This document shows, piece after piece, positions 1 to 7,392 of a DNA stretch of 63,733 nt. Position numbers and translations under genes: made by a program. Every line of letters begins with the position of its first letter. The first letter of the stretch is position 1. Source of the stretch: Dysosmobacter sp. (GTDB lineage: Bacteria > Bacillota > Clostridia > Oscillospirales > Oscillospiraceae); the NCBI GenBank assembly GCA_045659825.1, contig JAZRCP010000102.1, positions 1 to 63,733 of the forward strand. Reading direction: 5' to 3'. Below the pieces are notes generated by a model that was not told the origin of the DNA, searched no databases, and saw only the letters and a list, made by a program, of their open reading frames with translations.

Positions 1-1
1 G

Positions 2-1102
2 CCACCCGCGGAGGAGCCGCCTGTGCAGGAAGCGCCGGTAATGCCGGAACTGCCTGTGGAAGAGGCGGAGCCGGTACTGGAACCGGAGCCCCTGCCGGAG
101 GAACCGGTAGAGGAACTGGTGGCGGGCATTCCGGGCCTTCCCCCGCTGGACGCGCCCATCGATCCGGAAAAGCCCATGATCGCCATCACCTTTGACGACG
201 GCCCCGGCCCCTATACCGACCGCCTGCTGGACGCCTTTGCCACCTACGGCGGCAAGGGAACGTTCTTCTTAGTGGGACGCAACATCGCCGCCCATGCGGA
301 GACTGTGCAGCGTGCCGCGGCGGAGGGCCATGAGATCGCCAGCCACAGCTGGAACCATCCCCAGCTGCCCAAGCTGGCTAAGGCGGCTGTGGTGGAGCAG
401 ATGACGAAGACCCGCAATAAAATTCAGGAAGTGACCGGCACAGATGCAACCCTGATGCGCCCGCCCTACGGTGCGGTGAACAAGTCCGTGAAAGCCACTG
501 CTGCAGAACAGGGCATCGTGCTGGTCAACTGGTCGGTAGACCCCAAGGACTGGCAGTCCCGCAACGCCGACAAGGTCTGTGAGGCCATCCTCAGCCGCGT
601 GCAGGACGGAGATATCATCCTCTGCCATGACATTCACGAAAGCACGGTAGAGGCCATGGAGCGCCTGATCCCCGTCCTGCGGGTGCAGGGCTACCAGCTG
701 GTCACGGTCACGGAATTGCTGACCAGTCAGGGTGCGGAGATCAAGGCCGGTACGCTGTACCGGGAACGCCCGGAGAAGCCTGCCGAGGTGGAAGTGCCCG
801 CTGAACCGGAAACACCCGCTCAGCCGGTGGCTCCGCCCGCGCCAAAACCCGCGCCTGAACCGACTGTACCGGTAACGCCCGCACCCGAGCCCACCCCCGT
901 GGTGCCGCCGGAACCCGTCACCCCTGTGCCGGAAACGCCGGTTGTCCCCGTGGAGCCTACCGCGCCTGCGCCGGTGAACCCGGTGGTTCCCGCCCCGTCG
1001 GAGGGGCCTGTGGTGCCGGATACTCCTGCGGAACCGGAGACTCCCCCTTCAAGCGAACCGGCCATCCCCGCCGCGCCGGAAGAAACCCCTCCCGCCGCAT
1101 AA
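2..1102 (+). CDS. Polysaccharide/peptidoglycan deacetylase (CE4/NodB domain) with Pro/Glu-rich tail; 5' partial
   Basis: Motifs TFDDGP, HSWNHP, RPPYG, DPKDW, ILCHD; frame stays open to the window start. Confidence 0.9.
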   Translation, partial: PPAEEPPVQEAPVMPELPVEEAEPVLEPEPLPEEPVEELVAGIPGLPPLDAPIDPEKPMIAITFDDGPGPYTDRLLDAFATYGGKGTFFLVGRNIAAHAETVQRAAAEGHEIASHSWNHPQLPKLAKAAVVEQMTKTRNKIQEVTGTDATLMRPPYGAVNKSVKATAAEQGIVLVNWSVDPKDWQSRNADKVCEAILSRVQDGDIILCHDIHESTVEAMERLIPVLRVQGYQLVTVTELLTSQGAEIKAGTLYRERPEKPAEVEVPAEPETPAQPVAPPAPKPAPEPTVPVTPAPEPTPVVPPEPVTPVPETPVVPVEPTAPAPVNPVVPAPSEGPVVPDTPAEPETPPSSEPAIPAAPEETPPAA

Positions 1103-1109
1103 AACAAAT

Positions 1110-1143
1110 GACCGGACTATGCAAAAGCGCAGTCCGGTTTTTA
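1110..1143. terminator. Probable bidirectional intrinsic terminator
   Basis: Stem ACCGGACT..AGTCCGGT followed by T-run on +, and by TTTGTTTT on -. Confidence 0.7.
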
Positions 1144-1152
1144 CATGGAGGA

Positions 1153-1352
1153 ACAGCAAAGCCGACCGTCCTTTCAGACGGTCGCCCCCTATGATAGTGC
1201 TGGTGGTGAGGGGAGCAGCCCCGAGTGGGAGGGGGTGCTCGAGGGGGTAAAACCCACCTCGAATGGAATCGCATGCCCGCGCAGCAAAGTTTCCCGCGTC
1301 CGGCGCGGGGAACGGGCATGACAGCAAAGCCGACCGTCCTTTCAGACGGTCG
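1153..1352. repeat. 32-bp direct repeat ACAGCAAAGCCGACCGTCCTTTCAGACGGTCG (1153-1184 and 1321-1352), each copy a hairpin
   Basis: Exact repeat read from the sequence. Confidence 0.9.
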
Positions 1353-1536
1353 GCTTTGCGTATGATATAGAGAAAGGAGAGGGGAAAATCAAGTAAATTG
1401 ACTTGATGGGTTTATGATATCTGCCCGGTGGAGGAAAGTCAATGCCTTGGGGGGATGCTTCACAAAATGTTTACATCCTGCAGAAAAACCGCTGGTTTGT
1501 TCATAAAATGTTCAAAGTTTCGCAACAAAATGCGCG

Positions 1537-1591
1537 TTGACGTGACAACCGCACCGTGCTATAGTTAGCATGCTAATATTTAGTATGCTAA
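1537..1591 (+). promoter_or_regulatory. sigmaA promoter with two tandem palindromic MarR operators
   Basis: TTGACG-17-TATAGT; TTAGCATGCTAA (1565-1576) and TTAGTATGCTAA (1580-1591). Confidence 0.75.
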
Positions 1592-1612
1592 AAAATGAAA
1601 GGAGTGTCTTGG

Positions 1613-2050
1613 ATGCATGAGATGCAGCTGCTGGGTCCCGTGCTGGGCCGCAGCGCCCATCTGGCCCGGGAGCGGATGGACGCCCGCCTGCGGGACTATG
1701 ACGTGACCCCGGCGCAGATCCATGTGATGTGCTATCTCCACGGCTGCGGCGGTACCGCGCCCCAGTACGAGGTGACGGCTCACCTGCAGGTGAAGCCCTC
1801 CACCGCCGCCGGAATTCTGGACCGGATGGAGGAGCGGGGGCTGGTGGAGCGCTCCGTCAGCACCGCGGACGCCCGCAGGCGGCTGGTAACCCTGACGGAA
1901 AAGGGCGCCGCCCTGCAGGCAGATTGCCACCGGATTTTTTTAGAGGCGGAGGAATTGATGCTGCGGGGCCTGACGGCGGAGGAACAGACCGCCCTGTTCG
2001 GCCTGCTGCGGCGGGTCATCATCAATTTGGAGGAGGATCGAACGGCATGA
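1613..2050 (+). CDS. MarR-family transcriptional regulator
   Basis: wHTH signature LDRMEERGLVER...DARRRLVTLTEKG; RBS AAAGGAG before ATG 1613. Confidence 0.9.
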   Translation: MHEMQLLGPVLGRSAHLARERMDARLRDYDVTPAQIHVMCYLHGCGGTAPQYEVTAHLQVKPSTAAGILDRMEERGLVERSVSTADARRRLVTLTEKGAALQADCHRIFLEAEELMLRGLTAEEQTALFGLLRRVIINLEEDRTA

Positions 2051-3783
2051 TAAAAAAACTCTGGCCCCATGCCCGGCCCTGTGCCGGATGGATCGCTGCA
2101 GGCGTGGCCTGCAGCGCAGGCGAGGCCATTTTTGAACTGCTGATCCCGCTGGTGATGAGTGATATCGTGGATATCGGCATTAAAAACGCCGACGAGGCCT
2201 TCATCCTGCTCAACGGTCTGAAAATGGCCCTGATGGCGCTGCTGTCGCTGGCACTGGGCGTGGGCGCGGCCATCTGTTCTTCGGTGGCAGGCCAGCGCTT
2301 TGGTGCGAACCTGCGGAAGGCCCAGTACGACCACATCCAGAATTACGCCTTCTCCAACATCGAGAAGTTTTCCACCGCGTCCCTTATCACCCGCCTGACG
2401 GGTGACGCCCACTCTTTGCAGATGTCCCTGATGATGGGCATGCGGCTGCTGGTGCGCGCTCCGGTGATGCTAATTTCGGCGCTGATTTTGTCCATCGGCA
2501 TCAGCCTGCAGCTTTCCAGCGTGTTTTTAGTGTCGCTGCCGCTGCTGGCGGTGCTGGTGGCCACCATTCTGGTGCGCACCGGCCCCCTGTTCCGCTCCTT
2601 GCAGGAGAAAACGGACGCACTGAATCTGGTGGTGCAGGAAAACCTGACCGGCATCCGCGTGGTGAAATCCTTTGTGAAAGAGGATTACGAGCAGGAGAAA
2701 TTTACGAAGCGCAACCGTGATCTGAAGGCTACTTCGGAGAAGGCCTTCGGCATGGTGGTCATCAACATGCCCATCATGATGCTGATTGTCAACGCCACCC
2801 TCATCGCCGTTATCTGGTTCGGCGGGCATCTGGTCCACATCGGCGGACTGGATACCGGCGACCTGATGGCCTACTTCACCTATATCATGCAGATCATGGT
2901 GAGTCTGATGATGGTTTCCATGATGTTTATGATGATGACCCGCTCTGTGGCCTGTGCCCGCCGCATTATTGAGGTGCTGGAGGAGCAGCCCGCCATCACC
3001 AACAATGCTGCGGAAACGGAAGCGGAAGTGGCAGACGGCAGCATTGACTTTGAAAACGTATCCTTCAAGTACAGCGAAAAGAGCGCGGAGTGGATTTTAC
3101 AGGATGTGAACCTGCATATTCCCTCCGGCCAGATGGTGGGCATTTTAGGCGGCACCGGCAGCGGCAAGACCTCGCTGGTGTCCCTGATCCCCCGCCTGTA
3201 CGAGGCGCAGGAGGGCACGGTTTCCGTGGGCGGAAGACCCGTGCGGGACTACACCATGGAGCATCTGCGGGATGCCGTGAGCGTGGTGCTGCAGAAGAAC
3301 ACCCTCTTCTCCGGCTCCATTCGGGAAAACCTGCTGTGGGGCGATCCTGATGCCACGGAGGAACAGCTGATGCAGGCCTGCCGCGCGGCCTGTGCCGACG
3401 AATTTTTAGAGCGGCTGCCCGGCGGCCTCGATTACGATTTAGGCCAGGGCGGCGTGAATGTCTCCGGCGGCCAGAAGCAGCGCTTGTGTATCGCCCGCGC
3501 CATTTTGAAGCAGCCTAAGGTGCTGATCTTAGACGACTCCACCAGCGCCGTGGACACCGCCACGGACGCGAAGATTCGTGCAGCCTTTGCAAACGAACTG
3601 AGAAACACCACCAAGCTCATCATCGCCCAGCGGGTCACCTCCGTCATGGATGCCGACCTGATCGTGGTGATGGACGGCGGCCGCATTGCGGCGCAGGGCA
3701 CCCACGCGGAGCTGATGGAAACCTGTGAGATTTATCGGGATGTCTATGAATCCCAGCAGGAAGGGGTGAGCATCGATGGCTGA
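2047..3783 (+). CDS. ABC exporter, fused TMD+NBD, subunit 1 (degenerate site)
   Basis: Walker A GGTGSGKT, VSGGQKQR, ILDDSTS, IAQR; ATGA overlap with the marR stop. Confidence 0.92.
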   Translation: MIKKLWPHARPCAGWIAAGVACSAGEAIFELLIPLVMSDIVDIGIKNADEAFILLNGLKMALMALLSLALGVGAAICSSVAGQRFGANLRKAQYDHIQNYAFSNIEKFSTASLITRLTGDAHSLQMSLMMGMRLLVRAPVMLISALILSIGISLQLSSVFLVSLPLLAVLVATILVRTGPLFRSLQEKTDALNLVVQENLTGIRVVKSFVKEDYEQEKFTKRNRDLKATSEKAFGMVVINMPIMMLIVNATLIAVIWFGGHLVHIGGLDTGDLMAYFTYIMQIMVSLMMVSMMFMMMTRSVACARRIIEVLEEQPAITNNAAETEAEVADGSIDFENVSFKYSEKSAEWILQDVNLHIPSGQMVGILGGTGSGKTSLVSLIPRLYEAQEGTVSVGGRPVRDYTMEHLRDAVSVVLQKNTLFSGSIRENLLWGDPDATEEQLMQACRAACADEFLERLPGGLDYDLGQGGVNVSGGQKQRLCIARAILKQPKVLILDDSTSAVDTATDAKIRAAFANELRNTTKLIIAQRVTSVMDADLIVVMDGGRIAAQGTHAELMETCEIYRDVYESQQEGVSIDG

Positions 3784-5674
3784 AAACAAACGTCCGGTCG
3801 GGCCTCCCCATGGCGGCCCCGGCGGAGGCCCCAATAAGCACGGCTTCCGCAAGCCCAAGGACCTGCGGGGCACGCTGCGCAAGTTACTGGGGTATCTGGC
3901 GGATTATAAGGCCGCGCTGATTTTGGTAGCTTGTATGCTGGTGGTCAGTTCCTTCTGCACCGTGGCAGGCTCCTACATGCTCAAGCCCCTCATCAACGAC
4001 TATATTCTGACCGGCGACTTTCCGGGCCTTGCAAAAATGCTGGTGGTGATGGCGGTCATCTATGTGACGGGTGCCATCTGCTCCTACGGCTACGCCCGCA
4101 TCATGGTGCATGTTTCCCAGACCACTGTGGCGAAGATTCGGGAAGACCTGTTTAAAAAGATGCAGCGTCTGCCGCTTCAGCATTTTGACACCCACACCCA
4201 CGGCGAACTGATGAGCCGCTATACCAACGACATTGAAACCGTGTCCGAGGCGCTGAACAACAGCTTCGGCAGCGTCATCTCCTGCACGCTGAACTTCACA
4301 GGCACCATTGTGATGATGCTGGTGCTCTCTCCCGTCCTGACCCTCATAACCTTTGCTATGCTCGTCATCATGCTGCAGGTGGTGAAGCAGGTGGGCGGAC
4401 GCAGCCGCCGCAGCTTCGCCGCCCAGCAGCAGGCGCTGGGCGAGGTCAACGGCTATATTGAGGAGATGATCGAGGGCCAGAAGGTCATCAAGGTCTTTAA
4501 CCACGAGGAGACCGCCAAGGCGGAGTTTCAGGAGAGAAACGAGGCCTACCGTCAGGCAGGCACCCGCGCCCAGATCTTCGGCGGCATCATGATGCCCATC
4601 ATGGGCAACCTCAACTATTTGAACTATGCCTTAACCTGCTGCCTTGGTGCGGTGTTTGCCATCCGTACCGGCGCGTTTGGGTTGGGCGATCTGGCGGCCT
4701 TTTTACAGTATTCCCGTCAGGTGAGCCAGCCTATCACCCAGATTTCCCAGCAGGTGAACACCATCCTTTCCGCCGTGGCGGGCGCCGAGCGCATCTTCGA
4801 GATCATGGAGACAGAGCCGGAGACGGACGCGGGCAAGGTGCGGTTGGTGCGGGTCACAGAGGACCGTGACGGCCGGCTGACCGAGGCGGACTTTGACACC
4901 GGCTCATGGGCGTGGAAGAAGGACGGCCAACTGGTTCCCCTGCGGGGTGATGTGCGGTTCGACCATGTGGTGTTCGGCTACAACGAGGAAAAGACGGTCC
5001 TGCATGACATCTCCCTCTATGCCAAGCCCGGCCAGAAGATCGCCTTCGTCGGCTCCACCGGTGCGGGCAAGACCACCATCACCAACCTCATCAACCGCTT
5101 CTATGAAATTCAAAGCGGCACCATCACCTATGACGGCATCGACGTGCGGGACATTGCCAAGGAGTCCCTCCGCCGCTCGCTGGGCGTGGTGCTGCAGGAT
5201 ACTCATCTGTTTACCGGAACCGTGGCGGACAACATCCGCTACGGCAGGCTGAGCGCCACCGACGAGGAGGTGGAGGCAGCGGCCAGACTTGCGGGTGCCG
5301 ACAGCTTCATCCGCCACCTGCCGGAGGGCTATCAGACGGTGCTGGAGCGGGACGGCGGCAGTCTCAGTCAGGGCGAGCGGCAGCTGCTGAACATCGCCCG
5401 TGCCGCCTGTGCCAATCCGCCGGTGCTGATCTTGGATGAGGCTACAAGCTCCATCGATACCCGCACGGAAAAGCTGATCGAGCAAGGTATGGACGCCCTC
5501 ATGTCGGGCCGTACGGTATTTGTTATCGCCCACCGGCTCTCCACCGTCCGCAACGCGCAGGCCATCATGGTGCTGGAAAACGGCGAGATCATCGAACGGG
5601 GCGACCACGACGATCTGATTGCCCAGAAGGGGCGCTACTATCAGCTCTATACCGGACAGGCGGAGCTGAGTTAA
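3776..5674 (+). CDS. ABC exporter, fused TMD+NBD, subunit 2
   Basis: GSTGAGKT, LSQGERQ, ILDEATS, IAHRLST. Confidence 0.92.
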   Translation: MAENKRPVGPPHGGPGGGPNKHGFRKPKDLRGTLRKLLGYLADYKAALILVACMLVVSSFCTVAGSYMLKPLINDYILTGDFPGLAKMLVVMAVIYVTGAICSYGYARIMVHVSQTTVAKIREDLFKKMQRLPLQHFDTHTHGELMSRYTNDIETVSEALNNSFGSVISCTLNFTGTIVMMLVLSPVLTLITFAMLVIMLQVVKQVGGRSRRSFAAQQQALGEVNGYIEEMIEGQKVIKVFNHEETAKAEFQERNEAYRQAGTRAQIFGGIMMPIMGNLNYLNYALTCCLGAVFAIRTGAFGLGDLAAFLQYSRQVSQPITQISQQVNTILSAVAGAERIFEIMETEPETDAGKVRLVRVTEDRDGRLTEADFDTGSWAWKKDGQLVPLRGDVRFDHVVFGYNEEKTVLHDISLYAKPGQKIAFVGSTGAGKTTITNLINRFYEIQSGTITYDGIDVRDIAKESLRRSLGVVLQDTHLFTGTVADNIRYGRLSATDEEVEAAARLAGADSFIRHLPEGYQTVLERDGGSLSQGERQLLNIARAACANPPVLILDEATSSIDTRTEKLIEQGMDALMSGRTVFVIAHRLSTVRNAQAIMVLENGEIIERGDHDDLIAQKGRYYQLYTGQAELS

Positions 5675-5729
5675 AAACCTGTTAAAAACGTGGAAGCGGC
5701 AGCCATTTGGCTGCCGTTTCTGTTTGAAA

Positions 5730-5772
5730 AGTTGCTTATGCACCAACCAGCGGAGCACGCATATGGTATGCT
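5730..5772 (+). promoter_or_regulatory. Extended -10 promoter with upstream GTTGC-N4-GCAAC-like site
   Basis: AGTTGCTTATGCACCA 5730-5745; TGgTATGCT 5764-5772; same layout as both rubrerythrin promoters. Confidence 0.45.
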
Positions 5773-5800
5773 GAACGCAGAAAAAAGGGGAGGTGGCGTT

Positions 5801-6067
5801 ATGGCGCTGTTCGGAAAGCGGGAAGTGGTGTTTGAGGTACAGGGCAACAAGGAGCGCTGGCAGGCGGCAAGGGCCGCGCTGGAAGCAGCAGAGATCAAGA
5901 TCATGGAGGCACTGGCCCGGGAGGGCGAGATGCCGATCATCAGCTGTGGTCCCAAGATCGACCACCGCAATTACGGCCCCGAAGGCTGGATCGACAGGCG
6001 TGTTTATTACATCGCTGTCCGGCCGGAGGACACGGAGAGGGCAAGAGAAGTTCTGCGGGGCTGTTGA
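5801..6067 (+). CDS. Hypothetical protein, 88 aa
   Basis: RBS GGAGGTG before ATG 5801; terminator follows. Confidence 0.7.
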   Translation: MALFGKREVVFEVQGNKERWQAARAALEAAEIKIMEALAREGEMPIISCGPKIDHRNYGPEGWIDRRVYYIAVRPEDTERAREVLRGC

Positions 6068-6099
6068 AAAGAAACGCACCGGAATTTTCCGGTGCGTTC

Positions 6100-6321
6100 T
6101 TATTTCTTCGGATAGGGTTCTTTGACGCTGGTACGGCCCAGCAGGTAGTCCACGCTGACCTTGTAAAAGTCGGCCAGTGTGTGAAGCGCAGAAACAGGTA
6201 CATTTACCCGTTCCAACTCATAATCAGAATATGTGGTTTGGTGGACCTGCAGCAGTTCTGCGACTTGTGTTTGATTTAAGTCCTGATCTTCGCGCAGGTC
6301 ACGAAGTCGAAGTTGATACAT
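6100..6321 (-). CDS. XRE-family HTH regulator, module 1
   Basis: LRDLREDQDLNQTQVAELLQVHQTTYSDYE...LADFYKVSVDYLLGRT; RBS GGTGA. Confidence 0.9.
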   Translation of the reverse strand: MYQLRLRDLREDQDLNQTQVAELLQVHQTTYSDYELERVNVPVSALHTLADFYKVSVDYLLGRTSVKEPYPKK

Positions 6322-6346
6322 AACATCACCCGACACCATTATCTGT

Positions 6347-6392
6347 TAAGGGAATATTCCTTATTGCATTTTAAGGAAATATCCCTTAAAAT
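6347..6392 (+). promoter_or_regulatory. Twin operators overlapping the promoter of module 1
   Basis: TAAGGGAATATTCCTTA 6347-6363 and TAAGGAAATATCCCTTA 6372-6388; TTGCAT-17-TAAAAT. Confidence 0.8.
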
Positions 6393-6409
6393 AATAGTGA
6401 GGTGATGTT

Positions 6410-6598
6410 ATGCAAGACTATCAGAAGCTATACACCCTGTTGTTCAATGCCTGCACCGACGCGGTGGAGGCCATGGAGCGGATGGACTTCGGCACGGCAA
6501 AAGCCACCCTCATCTCCGCCCAGCAGCAGGCGGAGGAACGGTATATTGCCTCAGAAGTGCCCGCTGCGGCAGAGACGCTTGCATACAAAACGCGCTGA
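6410..6598 (+). CDS. Small helical hypothetical protein, 62 aa, module 1
   Basis: RBS GAGGTGA; near-identical paralogue at 6921. Confidence 0.85.
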   Translation: MQDYQKLYTLLFNACTDAVEAMERMDFGTAKATLISAQQQAEERYIASEVPAAAETLAYKTR

Positions 6599-6613
6599 CG
6601 GTTTCGTCAGCGC

Positions 6614-6832
6614 TTATTTCTTCGGATAGGGGTCTTTGATGCTGGTGCGGCCCAGCAGGTAGTCCACGCTGACCTTGTAAAAGTCGGCCAGTGTTTCTGC
6701 ATGTTCCAGCGGTAGCACCCGTTCACCGCGCTCATACTTGGAGTACAGCGACTGGTCACAGTGGAGCAGTTCTGCCAGCTGGCGCTGTTTCAAATCAGCA
6801 TCTTCTCTTAAATCACGGATTCGTAAATTCAT
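6614..6832 (-). CDS. XRE-family HTH regulator, module 2
   Basis: IRDLREDADLKQRQLAELLHCDQSLYSKYERGER...LADFYKVSVDYLLGRT. Confidence 0.9.
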   Translation of the reverse strand: MNLRIRDLREDADLKQRQLAELLHCDQSLYSKYERGERVLPLEHAETLADFYKVSVDYLLGRTSIKDPYPKK

Positions 6833-6858
6833 AAATATCACCGAAATCAGCATAGCGC

Positions 6859-6903
6859 AGGACAATACGTCCTATTGACTTTTTGGACAATGTGTCCTAA
6901 AAT
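6859..6903 (+). promoter_or_regulatory. Twin operators overlapping the promoter of module 2
   Basis: AGGACAATACGTCCT 6859-6873 and TGGACAATGTGTCCT 6884-6898; TTGACT-17-TAAAAT. Confidence 0.8.
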
Positions 6904-6920
6904 GACGCTGGGGTGATATT

Positions 6921-7097
6921 ATGCAGGACTATCAGAAGCTATACACCCTGCTGTTCAATGCCTGCACCGACGCGGTGGAGGCCATGGAGCGGATGGACTT
7001 CGGCACGGCAAAAGCCACCCTCATCTCCGCCCAGCAGCAGGCGGAAGAACAGTATATCGGGGCAGATGAGGCTGCTGTCAAAGGAGAACCCAATTAA
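6921..7097 (+). CDS. Small helical hypothetical protein, 58 aa, module 2 (not in the ORF track)
   Basis: MQDYQKLYTLLFNACTDAVEAMERMDFGTAKATLISAQQQAEEQYIGADEAAVKGEPN; RBS GGGGTGA; terminator 7103-7133. Confidence 0.85.
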   Translation: MQDYQKLYTLLFNACTDAVEAMERMDFGTAKATLISAQQQAEEQYIGADEAAVKGEPN

Positions 7098-7157
7098 ATC
7101 ACAAGTACCGGTGCACATGTGCCGGTGCTTTTTTATATCTCCGCTTGGGCAAGACGC

Positions 7158-7214
7158 AGTGGAAAGCATAAGGTTTTCCACAGAAATCAAGAGCTTTCCA
7201 CATACTTTTCCACA
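7158..7214. other. Cluster of DnaA-box-like 9-mers
   Basis: TTTTCCACA 7174 and 7206, CTTTCCACA 7194, inverted copy at 7158. Confidence 0.4.
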
Positions 7215-7392
7215 AAAGTGCCTGTGAGACGCAAGGGAAAAACGCCCCTTTCTCTTACAGTAGCAATAACAATCTCTTTATCTCTTACACTACCGGGAAG
7301 ATTTTACTAAATCTTTGATTGCATGGTTTCGTGCAAGGATTGTATAGGTTGGTGCAAAAAAGGGCGCACCTGTATCGGTGCGCCCTGTGGGG

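Larger units (their letters stand above)
1110..1407 (-). ncRNA. Candidate structured non-coding RNA, about 300 nt (or two processed units)
   Basis: Minus-strand TTGACT(1442-1437)-17bp-TATCAT(1419-1414); several hairpins and C/U-rich single-stranded tracts; no RBS-supported ORF. Confidence 0.45.

Noticed and set aside
770-1100. Pro/Glu/Val-rich low-complexity tail
   Set aside because: Ordinary cell-wall-spanning linker with no exact DNA repeat unit.
1153-1352. 32-bp repeat as a CRISPR array or Neisseria-type uptake sequence
   Set aside because: Only two copies with a 136-bp spacer, no cas genes, and the motif does not recur elsewhere in the window.
1729-2046. N-terminal extension of the ABC exporter overlapping marR
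   Set aside because: The real start is ATG 2047 with RBS GGAGG, coupled to the marR stop. Similar over-long starts were trimmed for deoC, phoH, recD2 and yedF.
6100-7097. Prophage immunity region
   Set aside because: No integrase, replication or structural genes nearby; the divergent gene is not Cro-like and the XREs lack a peptidase domain.
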